The notes beneath the pieces were generated by a model, which worked only from the letters and a program-made list of their open reading frames with translations, ran no database searches and was not told the DNA's origin. This document shows, piece by piece, positions 40,878 through 53,708 of a stretch of DNA of 64,000 nt (its first letter is position 1; the number at the start of each line of letters is the position of its first letter). The stretch covers positions 3,906,001 through 3,970,000 of the forward strand of contig CM035353.1 in the NCBI GenBank assembly GCA_020137815.1. Reading direction: 5' to 3'. The DNA comes from Hormiphora californensis. Its lineage: Eukaryota > Animalia > Ctenophora. Position numbers and translations under genes: made by a program.

Positions 40878-43800
40878 TTCTCTCTATCTCTCCCTCTATC
40901 TCTTTCTCTCTATCTCTCCCTCTATCTCTTTCTCTCTATCTCGTTATCCTTTGCGTGCTACCTGGTGGATATAGGCATACGTCAAAGCGTGTACGCTGTT
41001 TCCATTTTGTCCCCCCCCCCATATTGTTGTTGTTTTTATTTATACCAATTGCCAAATTCAAGTTATAGCTGTTTGTGACTAAATATCTCGAGTTCAATAT
41101 AATTCTACTAGCTCCACCGGACCATGACCCATGAATATGTGATCCAATACCATGACAATACTTGAAGAGCCGAGGAAACCTCTTCCCTCACCCCGGTCAC
41201 CCAGAAAACTCAGGAATGGCTCTGTTACCCTCATATCCCCCTCTGCTTGTTCCCTCAAAAGTATCTCGACGACTTCCCTCAAGTGTCCCAGCTCCACAGG
41301 ATCGGATCTGACCCCCACTGATACTGCCCTCTTGGCAACGGTCGCTGTCAAGTACGTTAAGGTAATTGCTTGGGATCATTTAGTAATTGTATATCTTGTG
41401 TTGTAATTGTTGTTACTTGATCGTACAGCAACTCCTTATCATTGGAATTAAATAGGTTTGAAACGAAGTCTCTTAGCACACAACATCTCTATCATTGTTT
41501 GGCAGACATAATAATTGCTCTGAGCGGCGCTTCCTCAGACCTGAAACATATCAAAAAGTCACAAGCTGAAGTGGCCACTTCTTAGTTTAAAATCTCCCTC
41601 TCTATCTCTCTCCCACTCACTTTTTTCCCGGTTTCCGCCCTCCCATTTTCTTCTCTTTTTTTTCGTTTTTTTCCCCCCCCCCCCCCCCCCCCCCGAACCA
41701 CCCCACCCCCCCCCCCCCCCCCCTGTTTTTTTTTTTGTTTTCTTTTTTGTTTTTTTTTTTTTTTTTTTATTTTTTTTTCCCCCCCCCTTGTTTTCCGATT
41801 GCTAGAAAAATTGTTGTTTTGCTTGTGAATAGAACACTGAACGTGAAACAAACAAATTTCGGGGTGCCGGGGTCATACTAAATTGCACTAAATATCACTG
41901 GGGGGTTTCTCAACCAATGGATGCAGCTTTTTCAGTCCCTCTACAATTACTGCATCATTCTGCTTGCTCATTGGTCTGTAACTGTCACGTGGGGGGCTGT
42001 ACTGTTTTTCCATTGGATGGTGCATTACATTTTACTTGTGCAACGTGGGAAAGCATGCATATAGGGGTGAAAAAAAGGAAAAAAGGGGAAGAGAGAAAGA
42101 AAAGAGAAGAGAGAAGAAATCCTGGAAGTTTTTAATCTACACAGCTTTGGTTTTTCGATTACCAACTTGCCGCTTTATAAATTTTTCCTTTTTTTTGCTA
42201 TTCTTTGTTTTTAAAGTTTTTTAAGTTTGTTGAAGAGGAATTACTGAGAAGGTCTATCTAGGAACATCATGACTGCAGAAGACGTGGTATGACTCAACTT
42301 GAAATTTTAATATTTTCATTCATTGAAACACCGAGAAGTCTGACAAGCATAATATTGTTTATTTTTTTTCAATAGTTATTTTTTCTAAATCTGTTCTTGT
42401 CTATTCTTTGATGGAGTAAGAAGATAAAAATGAAGAAAGAAGGAAAAAGAGAGAGGAGAGAAAAGCGGGGATAGAGAGAGAGAGAAAAAAAGGGGGGAAA
42501 AAATTGGGGCCCCCTCCTTTCCTCTCCCTCTTCCCCCCTCTCCTCTCCCCCCTTTCTCTTTTTTCTCTCTCTTAGCCCCTCTCTCCCTCCCTCTCCCCTC
42601 TCTCTCCCCTCCCCCCCTCTTTTCTGCCCCTTTTTGGAAGGTTTTTTTTTGCCTTCCCCCCTCTCCTCTTTTCCCCCCTTTCCCCCCCTCTCCTCCCTTC
42701 CCCTCCCTCTCCCTTCTCTTTTTGTCATTCAAAAAAGGGGCCCCTGCCCCCGACTTGTTTTCGAAAACTGCATCCTCCACCCCCCTTCCCCCTTTAAACT
42801 TTAAATTGTTCCCTATCCATCCCCCCCCCCCGGCTCCTGTTTTGCTTTTTGATGCAGGTGTTTACCTCTCTGTCAGGAACCGACCGAATCAGGAAATACT
42901 GGTCCCTGATTGGCTGATAACCAGTCACGTGACCTAAATAACGAGTTCTGATTGGTTGTTTACTTGTGTCGGTCGGTTCCTGCTCTCTTTTAATATTTTG
43001 AGTTGCTGTTGTTGTTGGTAACATGACTTAATTAAGTCAAGTTAAAGACAGTATGACAGTCTTGGAGAAACTAACGCGGACGTTGTCATTTCGTCGAAAA
43101 AAGAAGAAGAAAAAGGATGGATCAAGTCAGGTTGAAGAGGAGGAAGAAGAAGAAGAAGGGGAGATAAACGGGGGTTTGGAGGAACCGGAAAGTTCTAATG
43201 ACGAGGTTGTTCCAATGTTCCACTGTTCGATTCTACAGCTCTGCATGTCATCCTTAATTTACTATATGCTTTGTTGTTGTTTTTAAAATAATCTTCCTTC
43301 TTTCTCTTGCTTTGTAAATATTGAATCAGTTATTGAAAAAAGTCTCCAAAACACGATACAGCATTCATGCGGCGTAATTGAGTACATAGTTCGGTCCTAA
43401 AGATTTAAATATTATTCCGATATAATGAGCTTGAGAGGCCGCCATTGTAGTTTACAATCTTGTTAAAAATATTATAGCTGTCCTAGCTTGCTGACAGAAT
43501 TGTCCATTCATTTGTCACGAGCGGATAACTTTGTGCTTTTAACGGTTTTCGTGTAAAGAGAAAATTATAGAACATAATATAATATATGTGATTGGGATCA
43601 CAAATCACAAGGAATATTTGAGTCGCTTGACACTGTTTCCGTGCTCCGTATTTATGAACAATTCAAAGGAATCTCTATTATAATTTGGAGATGAACGTCG
43701 AAGTGATGGTCGTTCGTTCAGTGCGTTTCTACGCGACAGTGCTCCTTCATAAAACACTTCATATGACGAAAGCTGTAAAGCTGTTGCTCACACTTTCTGA

Positions 43801-46800
43801 AGTTCCAGTGGAAGTTTCTTAATATTGCGAATGACTTTTAACAGGCCAGTCCCCATAGTTACCAATTCAGTTGCCATGGCAACCAATTGACGTTGAAAGG
43901 GGCGAAACCACACGGCAAAGCCGGGTGGGTTTTTCATCAGCCCCATGCCTGAGGCGCACCCAATGGGTGCGCTAGTATGTAATATGAATGATCTGTTTAA
44001 CTAAGGGATATCAATTATCCTTTCTCAATCGATCTGCCATAGCGCTTTACAATTCGCTAATTTCCATTACTTTCTCCACAGATTTTGGAGCAGAAGCGAC
44101 GAATTCTGGAACTGGAGCACGCCATTGCAACTAAAGATCACGAATTGGAAGATGCCAAAGAAGAGGTAATTAATTAACTAATTAGCAGTAATAAGCAGTA
44201 ATGAGCACTTAATTTAGTAGCAGTTAGGGGTAGGTTCATATAAAAATCATAACTTCCTGGTATCTCAAAGATTGGTGGGGTTGTTAGAAAACACAAGGAT
44301 TTGTTCTATCCCGCAATTTAAACCCCACCCACTGTCACCTCTATATTTATCAGTAGGTGTAATTCTGATCTGTGGCCCACCGTGGCCATAGAAACGAATA
44401 TATGAGGCATAAACTCTGGCCACTGGCGCGTTATTTCAGATAACTTTCTCCCAGCGCGCCGCTGGGAGAAGTTAGCTGGAGTTTATCCGCCGCTGGCGGA
44501 TAAACTGGTTTAAGTCACGACGACGATCCCGAGGCGGAGCCGAGGGAGAGGCGGAGGGGTTTAAACCTATAACGTGCCAGTGGTCAGAGTTTATGGGTTA
44601 TATACCCTGCTTTAGTTGTTTATTTCAAGTATTACACACCAACAAGAGAGAGAACACTATCAAAACACACAAAGAGAACTGAGAAATAGTTAAAAACACG
44701 TCACAATTGAGTGTACACTGATTGGTAACAGTTACTAAGCAGTTGCTAAGGAAAGAGAGTGAAAGAAATAGCCTGATAAGGGGCATGTCACAAATAACAC
44801 AGAGAAAGAGATAGTGAGACAAAAGGGGAGATAAAGAGAGAGTAATTGACGGAATGTGTCCTTTCTTTCTCTCCAATGTAGTGTGTAAGTGTTGCACATA
44901 GTGTTCCCTCTGTATTTTAGTAAGAACTGATCATTTACACACACTTTGAATGTTCAAAATAAATAACCTGCCAGTGGGAAATAATCTGCCGCTGGACTGG
45001 CTGTTTATTGAGAGCGCGCTAGTGGGACTGGCGGGTTATTTAAGTTAGCAGGGTATATAACACAAACAAATGATGAGGTATGGGGTACATGATCAATACT
45101 GATTAAGCACCCCGGAGTGAGAGGCGTGACACCCTCTTTGCCCACCTCTGATGACTGTTCAACTTTTTATTTAACGAAACAAGATGATAAATATACCAGC
45201 CAGGTCCATGTTAACCTTGGAATTTTCTCAATCTCAGCTGAAATTTAGTCTTGACGATAATATCTAATCTGAAAATATACAATGAACACTGTACAATGTA
45301 CACGCATAAAGTATACATGTACATTAATGTACTGTATGTGTGAATCATGGGTAATCACTTTACCACGGGGCGTGGTGTTGATTTTAAAAAGTCTAACTTT
45401 TAAAAAACAGCGTGATCACACGTCATGACCGATTTAAAACTGATTCTGTTAGTGACACCTGCCGCTAATGCTGTCCCCCTCTGTCCTATCAAAAGCTGGA
45501 ATATTGTCACTTGTTACATGTCGGTAGGGTTAATACCTATATTGGAAGTGAAGCTCAGCAAGCATGTCAACTTTCGTTTTGTTCCGCTTTTAGATAGGGG
45601 TGATGAGAATGTCATGCAATGCAAGGAATATTGAGGTGGAATTCCCGAAGATAGAGACAGTGCAGTGTTGCCATGGTAACCATGTTGTTTGTGTATGCAG
45701 TAGATTATTTTATGTGCGTGATATATATAAGAGGAGCGGCCCTAACAAGTCTCAATTTGGTGTCAGCTATAATTCTGTGATAAGGAACTGTAAGAAACCA
45801 ATTTTGGTTGCCAGGGACAACCGCCATTACAAACAGCTCTGTTGCCCCGTTAACAGCCTAGGGTGGGGGTAAAGAAAGAAGAAAAGGGGAAGAAATAGAG
45901 AGAAGGGGAGAAGAAGGAGGGGGAGAAGGGGGTGGGCCCCCCCAAAAAAAAATTTTTTTTTTTTCCCTTTTTTTTTATTTCTTTCCCCAAATTTTAAAAA
46001 CCCCCCTCCTCCCTCTTTGGGCCCTTTTTTTAAATGGTAAAAATTTTTTAGGGGGTGAAAAAGAAAGAGATCGCGGGCGTCTTGGTTTGGGGCATGAGCT
46101 ATAACCATTTAATAACTTTTGTTACTAAGTGGTCGCACCTGTGTTACCAAACATGCACATCAGCTGATCATCTGCTGCACAGAAATCTGAACCAAATAAA
46201 GACCCCCCAAAGGGGGGTTGTATATATGTTCCTTTCTGTGGCAATTAGGTTTTGGGGGGGGGGGGGGGGGGGGCCCCATCCACAGCACTTTTTTCACCGC
46301 CAATTTTTTTTTTCAACGGAAAAGGGGGGGGGGGTCTCCTTCCCCCCCTTTTAAATTTGATCTTTGTGAAAGTCATAAAAACTGTATGAGAGAAAGTGAG
46401 TGTGTGTTTTTGACCTGATGGACTTAAAACCTGTTCCGGCTTACCGTTCAACACTGGGAAATGGTGGAAAAAACCTACCAAACCCCAATCACCCCCCCAC
46501 AAACAATAAACCGGGTCGTTTTTAATTGTCATTAGTCCCTGTGATTTGTTCGATTTTTTTAAAAGGTATGTCGCGAGTTATTTAACTATTCTCATCATCA
46601 GTCAGTCATTTCCCAGTGTCAGTCATTTAGGTCAGTCAGTCAGTCAGTCATTCAGTCATCAGTCATTCAGTCAGTTTTCAGTCATTTTTAAAATCGTCAA
46701 TCACTCAGTCCCAATTTTTATGAATAGATCTCTTTTTTCTGTTTTTTTTTCTGTATATGCATTAGGCACTTAGATTTTTCCCTCCCCCATAAAATACTCA

Positions 46801-47318
46801 TTTTCCCAGTTAACTTCCTCCCCGTTTTTCACCCCGGCTACAATCGTTCTTTTTCATTTTTTGGGGTGTGTGCTTCTTTTTAAAAGCTTTTTTTCCCCCT
46901 CGGCCTCGGGGCCCTATTTTATTGTTTTTTTTTTTTCCCAGGGTGGACCTCTCCTCCCCGTTCCCTCTGCCTCATTTCCCTTTTTTCATAGCAGGGGGCC
47001 AGGGATGTTTCGTTTTTCCTTTTCCCCTTCAATCATGGGTCGGGTCATTGATTTTTGTTTTTCCCTTTCCCATATCTTTTTTTCCGCCACTATTCCCTTT
47101 CCGGTGTTCGCCCCCTAGGGCCCGCTAGTCTGCAAGATTGGGACTTTCCTTCGTGTTTATTTTAGAGAGAGTTTTGTTTATAAACTGTTTTTGATGGTCC
47201 TCTGTCACCCATGAAGTGTCCTGTGTGCCCTAAACCGCCTTCTTATTGCATTTGCATCTCCACTGCCACAGCGAGAAATAGAGAGAGGAAGAGATTAGAG
47301 AGAGAGAGAGCCTCCCTT

Positions 47319-47358
<40 letters not shown>

Positions 47359-50236
47359 TGAGGTAGAGAGAGATTGACAGGTGTAACATGATATTCGATC
47401 AATGCATCCCTTTTAGCTAGTTGAGAGCTATCAGATCTCTGACATTCGTCGCTTGAAGACGCTAGAATATACCGTTATTCAGTTACCATGGTAACCACCC
47501 TCCTGCTGCATGCAGCTCTAACGGCCCGCATCTATCGGTAGGAAATTAGAGGGGGTGTGACGGGGGTAATGTAGAGAGATTGCAGCAGTGCAGTGACTGG
47601 AAGCGATCTGTAGCATTCGACAATTGACCACAGCAGCTCTATCTATCATGGGAGAATATTATACAGATGTGCATGAAACTAGTTCGACAAATGGATGAGA
47701 ATGAATATAAGTGATAAAGTCTATGGGAAAACAGTGTGAGCAAGCAAGTAAAAGATGGTGAAAAGAAAGAAAAGAGTTAGACAAAGCATAAGAATTAAGA
47801 GCCAAGAGGCGTGGGAGATTCCGTCAATTCTTTTGTCGGTCCTATTCTTATTATACAGTTGAAATGTCGGCTAGTGAATTGAATGTAATGCATGATTAGA
47901 AAAGAGGGTCGGGAGTTATAACGGGGGGGGGGGTCATAACTGTCTACTTGTTTGGGAAAATACTGTCAATGTATTTGGTGCTCAAATATGTAACAAGGCC
48001 TACCTAACATGCACAGTGCAGGGGCATGGTTGGCCCTGGGAAAGTGGTAACTTCCCCAAGCCACCCCTATAACATCCTACCGCGAATCTAGGAAGACTTG
48101 TTACAATTGTGAGAGAGGGATATATCAAGAGATTAGAGATATGTTATGTGTGAGAGAATGAGAGAGAGACGGGGTGATCTGTGTTACTGTAGTGACAGAT
48201 CCAATGACACGATGTATGTTATTTGTTCGGTGGTGGGGCCAGCAGTTTTCGATTAGCTGTATCCATGGTTACCCCAAAACACTCAGCTGATGTGTGACAA
48301 TTGGGACATGATAAGGGAAGAGAGAGAGTGTGGATAAAGCTCCTTTCTCTCTTACTACCAAACTTTACAATCAGCAGGTTGCTATGGCAACTGCAGCAGG
48401 AGAGGGCCTCGATTTGAAATCACTGAGCGGCATGCATTATCAAGCAACAGGGCGGGTGTGAGCTGAAGAGAATAATGAATCTGAGTATTTTAAACTGTGA
48501 GAGTGAGACACCGGACTTTTGGTTTGAAATGTAGATGATGTTTTAGACACTATTAAATAATCGACTGTCCGAACCATCTGATTTAAATTAATTGACAACT
48601 TAGATAGCAGATGTATTCCAGATTAGTTATAGTAATGTTTCACATTACTTTAGGGGCGATTCAAAAAGGACGTCCGTGATTTTTGGTCATTTTTACCACC
48701 CCTCCCTCCCTCCCCCCTGTCCGAGTTTCGTCCACCTATATCTGGTAAAATCAATAAAATTTTTCTTCAAAACCTGGGACAGTCCGAATTGGGACAGTCC
48801 AAATTGGGACAGTCCGAATTGCGTCAACCCCCCTCCCCCTTGAACGTCCAGAGTTATCCGAAATCGGTCACCTCGGTGACCCAATTACATTTCAAGAATC
48901 TCATTCTAATTTCAAACGGTCACTGTCAATCAATCAATTGATATCCCATCACTACCAATTAAATAGAGATACTGATCAGTCCCATGACGAACCCTAAACA
49001 TTGCTCTCTCTCTCTCCCTCCATGCTAACTCCCTCGATACAGCATCTCGAGATCAGAGCACTGCACCAGCAGCTACCCCCTACAGCGTGGAACCGATGTA
49101 ACGCGCGGACCGCCCAACTATTGAAAGGACACACTGTAACGCTCGAGTGTTGCGCGCGCGCGGGATATTGAGAGGCAGCGTGATCCAGAAGTATCAAGAT
49201 TCTGGAGCTCCTGAATCTTGATATTTTCTAAATCCCCCTCTCTTTGCCAGCTTGGCTCGACGACAGAAACGTTAGAACAGCAACTGCAAAGTGCAGAGGG
49301 CAGATTAAGGGAGACAGAGAGGTCCCTGCAGAATGAACTCCACGATCTACAAGACAAATTCGAGGAAGAAACGAACAAGTAAGGACAAATCATGGTACCG
49401 TCGGACCCCGATTTACCGGGATGCTCAGGGGAAAGGGTTTTGCACGGTTAATTGGGTGCCGGTTATATAGTCGGTGTCCAACCAGAGTGTATCACAATTG
49501 AAAAGATATTAGGTAATGGATACATAGTTATAGTTGGGTAACATATGTGATCGGGACCAGGCCGTATCATGATTCCTACACTACTATAACAGCAGGTGAC
49601 AGGTCCCCCATATATCAGGCTGACACACGTCCTCCCCATACCAGGTCGATGCAGCTCGCCCAACAGAACAACAAATACAAGTCTCAGTTGGATAAGGAGA
49701 AGGCTGAAAACGCACACCTCCAGGCTGATATTAGGACGCTCACTGCCGATTGGACGGCAGCACGTGAACAACTCCAGGTACATGATAACCAATATGGTAA
49801 CCATAGTAACCAATATGGTAACCATAGTAACCAATATGGTAACCATAGTAACCAATATGGTAACCATAGTAACCAATATGGTAACCATAGTAACCAATAT
49901 AGTAACCATAGTAACCCGTGTCCTTGTGTTTGAGCTGTCACTAGGTTTCGCTTGAAGGGATGTACTTTGTTGTGGTTGAACTACCCCGCTCTGAGATCTA
50001 TTATAGTAACACAGCAGCTTAGTGTCCTAATTCTCGCAGGAGAGAGATGTGGAGGCAAGGGAGACAATGATGGAAATTAGCAGACAAGGCAAGGCCAAAG
50101 AATCTGCAAAATTACTGGCAGTTTGGCGGTCCGTCAACTCAATTAAACAAGACTTTCAAACAACGAACAAGGCAACAGCTAAAGATTTGGAGGTCTTGAG
50201 ATCTGATATTGCTGATTGGAGTGGTGAGTTTGTCTG

Positions 50237-50277
<41 letters not shown>

Positions 50278-50314
50278 GTCTATCTGTCTGTCTCTCTGTC
50301 TGTCTGTCTGTATG

Positions 50315-50360
<46 letters not shown>

Positions 50361-50429
50361 ATGTCTGTATGCTTGTCTGTCTATCTGTCTGTCTGTCTGT
50401 CTATCTGTCTGTCTGTATGCTTGTCTGCC

Positions 50430-50465
<36 letters not shown>

Positions 50466-50558
50466 ATGTCTGTATGCTTGTCTGTCTATCTGTCTGTCTG
50501 TCTGTCTATCTGTCTGTCTGTATGCTTGTCTGCCTGTCTGTCTGTCTGTCTGTCTGGC

Positions 50559-50599
<41 letters not shown>

Positions 50600-50602
50600 G
50601 CC

Positions 50603-50655
<53 letters not shown>

Positions 50656-50672
50656 GTCTGTCTGTCTGTCTC

Positions 50673-50735
<63 letters not shown>

Positions 50736-53481
50736 GTCTGTCTGTCTGTCAAATAACCCCCTCATAAAACCACTACCCCCATCATGACCCCCATGTCTTT
50801 TCAGGTCGACTGGAGCAGCAAGCTAAAGCTGCGTATTTGGAGGCTCAGAGCCTCTTGGATAATGAACGTCTCGCTAAGGAACAGTTGGAGATCGTCCTAA
50901 ATGAACGAACCAATGCGTTCAACGACCAAAAGAAAAAGTAAGGCATCCGTGTAATATGACGTCATTCCTTGTAACTTGTAACATGTTTCCTGATCTGTGA
51001 CCATGATACACCCTGATCTGTGCTCCCCAACCTACTCTACTGACCCCCCCCTGACACCCCCTACTGTATACTGACATCCCCCTCCTGACACCCCCTACTG
51101 TCTACTGACACCCCCTCCTGACACCAGGTTCGACACGGAGAAGGCAGACATGGTTGAACAGATCGCCCAGCTGCAAGGAGCTGTAGAGGAACTAACGAGT
51201 GGGCTAGACAGTGCCACGGGTGATCTTAACAAAACACGGTCTGCTCTAACAAACATTGAACATGAGCAAGAGATCACATCCGGGTCCCTGGCAAGGGAGA
51301 GTGACAAAGCAAGGAGTCTGAGGGGAGAGAATGAGAGTTATGGGAATACCCTGAAGGATATCATTAACATCGTTTCTAGGGCTCAGGTACGTTTTTAATT
51401 TCTAACTTCCAGATTTCCACATGTCTCTCTAACAAGTTCTCTAGGGCTCAGGTACATGTATTGAATAATAACTAATTAATTGTACAGTATTATACATTGG
51501 TATAGTTTTTAACTTCACAACGAATTGATACAACTGTATTTTGGAAATATTTGTTCGACGTCAATGCAGCTATTTTCTAACAAGCTCTCCCTGCTACTAC
51601 AGGCCTCCATGGGTCTTGATTGTACCCAGGATCCATCTCTAAAGGACATCCCCCGGCCAGGATCACCCCGTCGATCTGCCTCGCCAACACGGGACGTCGC
51701 GAGAACAGGTTAGAATACCGAATCAGGAAATACTGGTCCTTGATTGGCTGATAACCAGTCACGTGACCTAAATAACGAGTTCTGATTGGTTGATTACTTG
51801 TTTCGGTCGGTTCCTGGTTAGAATACATGGTTACGCGCTGGCAAGGGGTAACTTAGTAACCAATTAGAATACATGGTGGGAGTTCCTAACTATCATTCAG
51901 TTGATCATGTGCTGTTATTGTGTACCTGTACTGTGTACACTATTACCCCTGATAATATGTTAATTAATTAATTAATAAACTAATATTCCAGGTGCTTCGA
52001 CGGATGTGGTTAACTCAGTGTTATCATCGGTACCATCTCAGCACCTTTGTGAATGGGCCACCAGTTCCGTTCGAGCTACCATCTGCGGCTTTGAGGGCAG
52101 GTAGGCATCAAAACAATATATGCAGCATGTATCCTCAATAGTGCATTTTCCCGTTAGTATTAGGTACAATAGAGTTATCTGACTCTTTTGAATTTCTCAC
52201 TCATGTTTCCACTAGAATTGAGGAGCTACTAGCTAATGTTGAGGCTGGTGTCGAGTCCTTGGCGGATAGCGCTAAACAGTGTACTAAAACCAAGACAGAG
52301 AACGTTGCCCTGAGCAAAGCTTGTGAGGGGCTGAAAACAGAGCTGACGCAGCTGAGGGAGGATTTGGATGACAAGACAAGTGCATACAACAAGACAATGG
52401 ATGAGTTGGGTGCAACTAATAACGCTAAAGCAGGTAACCATGGTAACCAGTGCCAGGGTAACCAAGGTAACGGGAGGGGATTAAAAGTGTGTCACAATTA
52501 ACCAGAACAAAATCATGTTGAGTTTAAAATCTTGTTTATTTACTAAACAATGTACCTGCAGGACTTGAGAAGAAGACGAAGGATCTCCAGGAAGCGTTAT
52601 CGAGCTCCAAAGCCCAGTGTGACAGTCTTGGTTCGGTGAACAGCGAACTGAATGTCCAGTTATCCGGGGTTCAGGGAGAGAAGGAGAGACTGGTGGGTGA
52701 GAGGACCAAGCTAAGGGATCAACTCGGGCAACTATCACAGGTATTATTATACCTCATATATTATACCTCATATATTATACCTCACAGTACCTCATATTTA
52801 CCTCACAGGGAGGATACACACTAAAGTTGGTCGCGTGCGTTGAGATCTTAACCGCGATATCATTGGTTTTTGCATTTTTGGCTAATCCGGTCACAATTGT
52901 CTCAATTCACCAAAAATGTCAAAACGGTGAAATTGACTCATTATGGACAAAGGACACCTCGATGTACCAGTAAAGAAATTAGCCTCTTGCAAATGATTTC
53001 TCAGTCAATAATTATTGTTGATTCCATATTTCCGCGAAACTTCGAACTTTGCAGTGTGTGTCACACGGAATTGAGATCCCAAAGCGAGCGACCAACTTCA
53101 GTGTGTCTCCTCCAAGTATGTACCTCACAGTATACCTCACTGCATACCTCATATACCACTCTCTTTCCCTCTCTCGTTCCGTGGGGATCATTAGACAATA
53201 ATTTTAAAGTAAATATACACGAACCCCCTAAGCAGGTAAATTACATCACGTGATCGACCCTACAGTGCCACGTGACGTAGGGTGCACTGATATCCGGGAC
53301 AAGCGTGCTCATATTTCAGAAAGGAGTCCCCCTGGGAGAGAGGAGAGGAGAGGAGAAGAAGCGAGCGAGTGAGAGCGGCTCGCTAGCTCGAATCCCTCGA
53401 ATCGATCGGAGAGAGATAGCTCCCTCCCTCTCGATCTATTCAACTCTTCTCGCTCATCATCTCTCTTCCTCTACTCTCTCT

Positions 53482-53560
<79 letters not shown>

Positions 53561-53655
53561 TTATTCTTTTCTTCCCTTTATGACCCCTTATACAAAGTAC
53601 ACTCACTTACGCATTGGGTCCTCTTGCCAACATCTTTTACATTGTGTTGCCCTAT

Positions 53656-53708
<53 letters not shown>

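Noticed and set aside
41630-47120. G-quadruplex-like or low-complexity ORFs (41630-41790, 42430-42830, 45870-46340, 46730-47120)
   Set aside because: Homopolymer-smeared texture typical of poor-quality read ends.
48651-48860. Harbinger-like MITE
   Set aside because: Only a left-end-like GGGGCGATTCAAAAAGGACGTC was seen; no matching right end or TSD.
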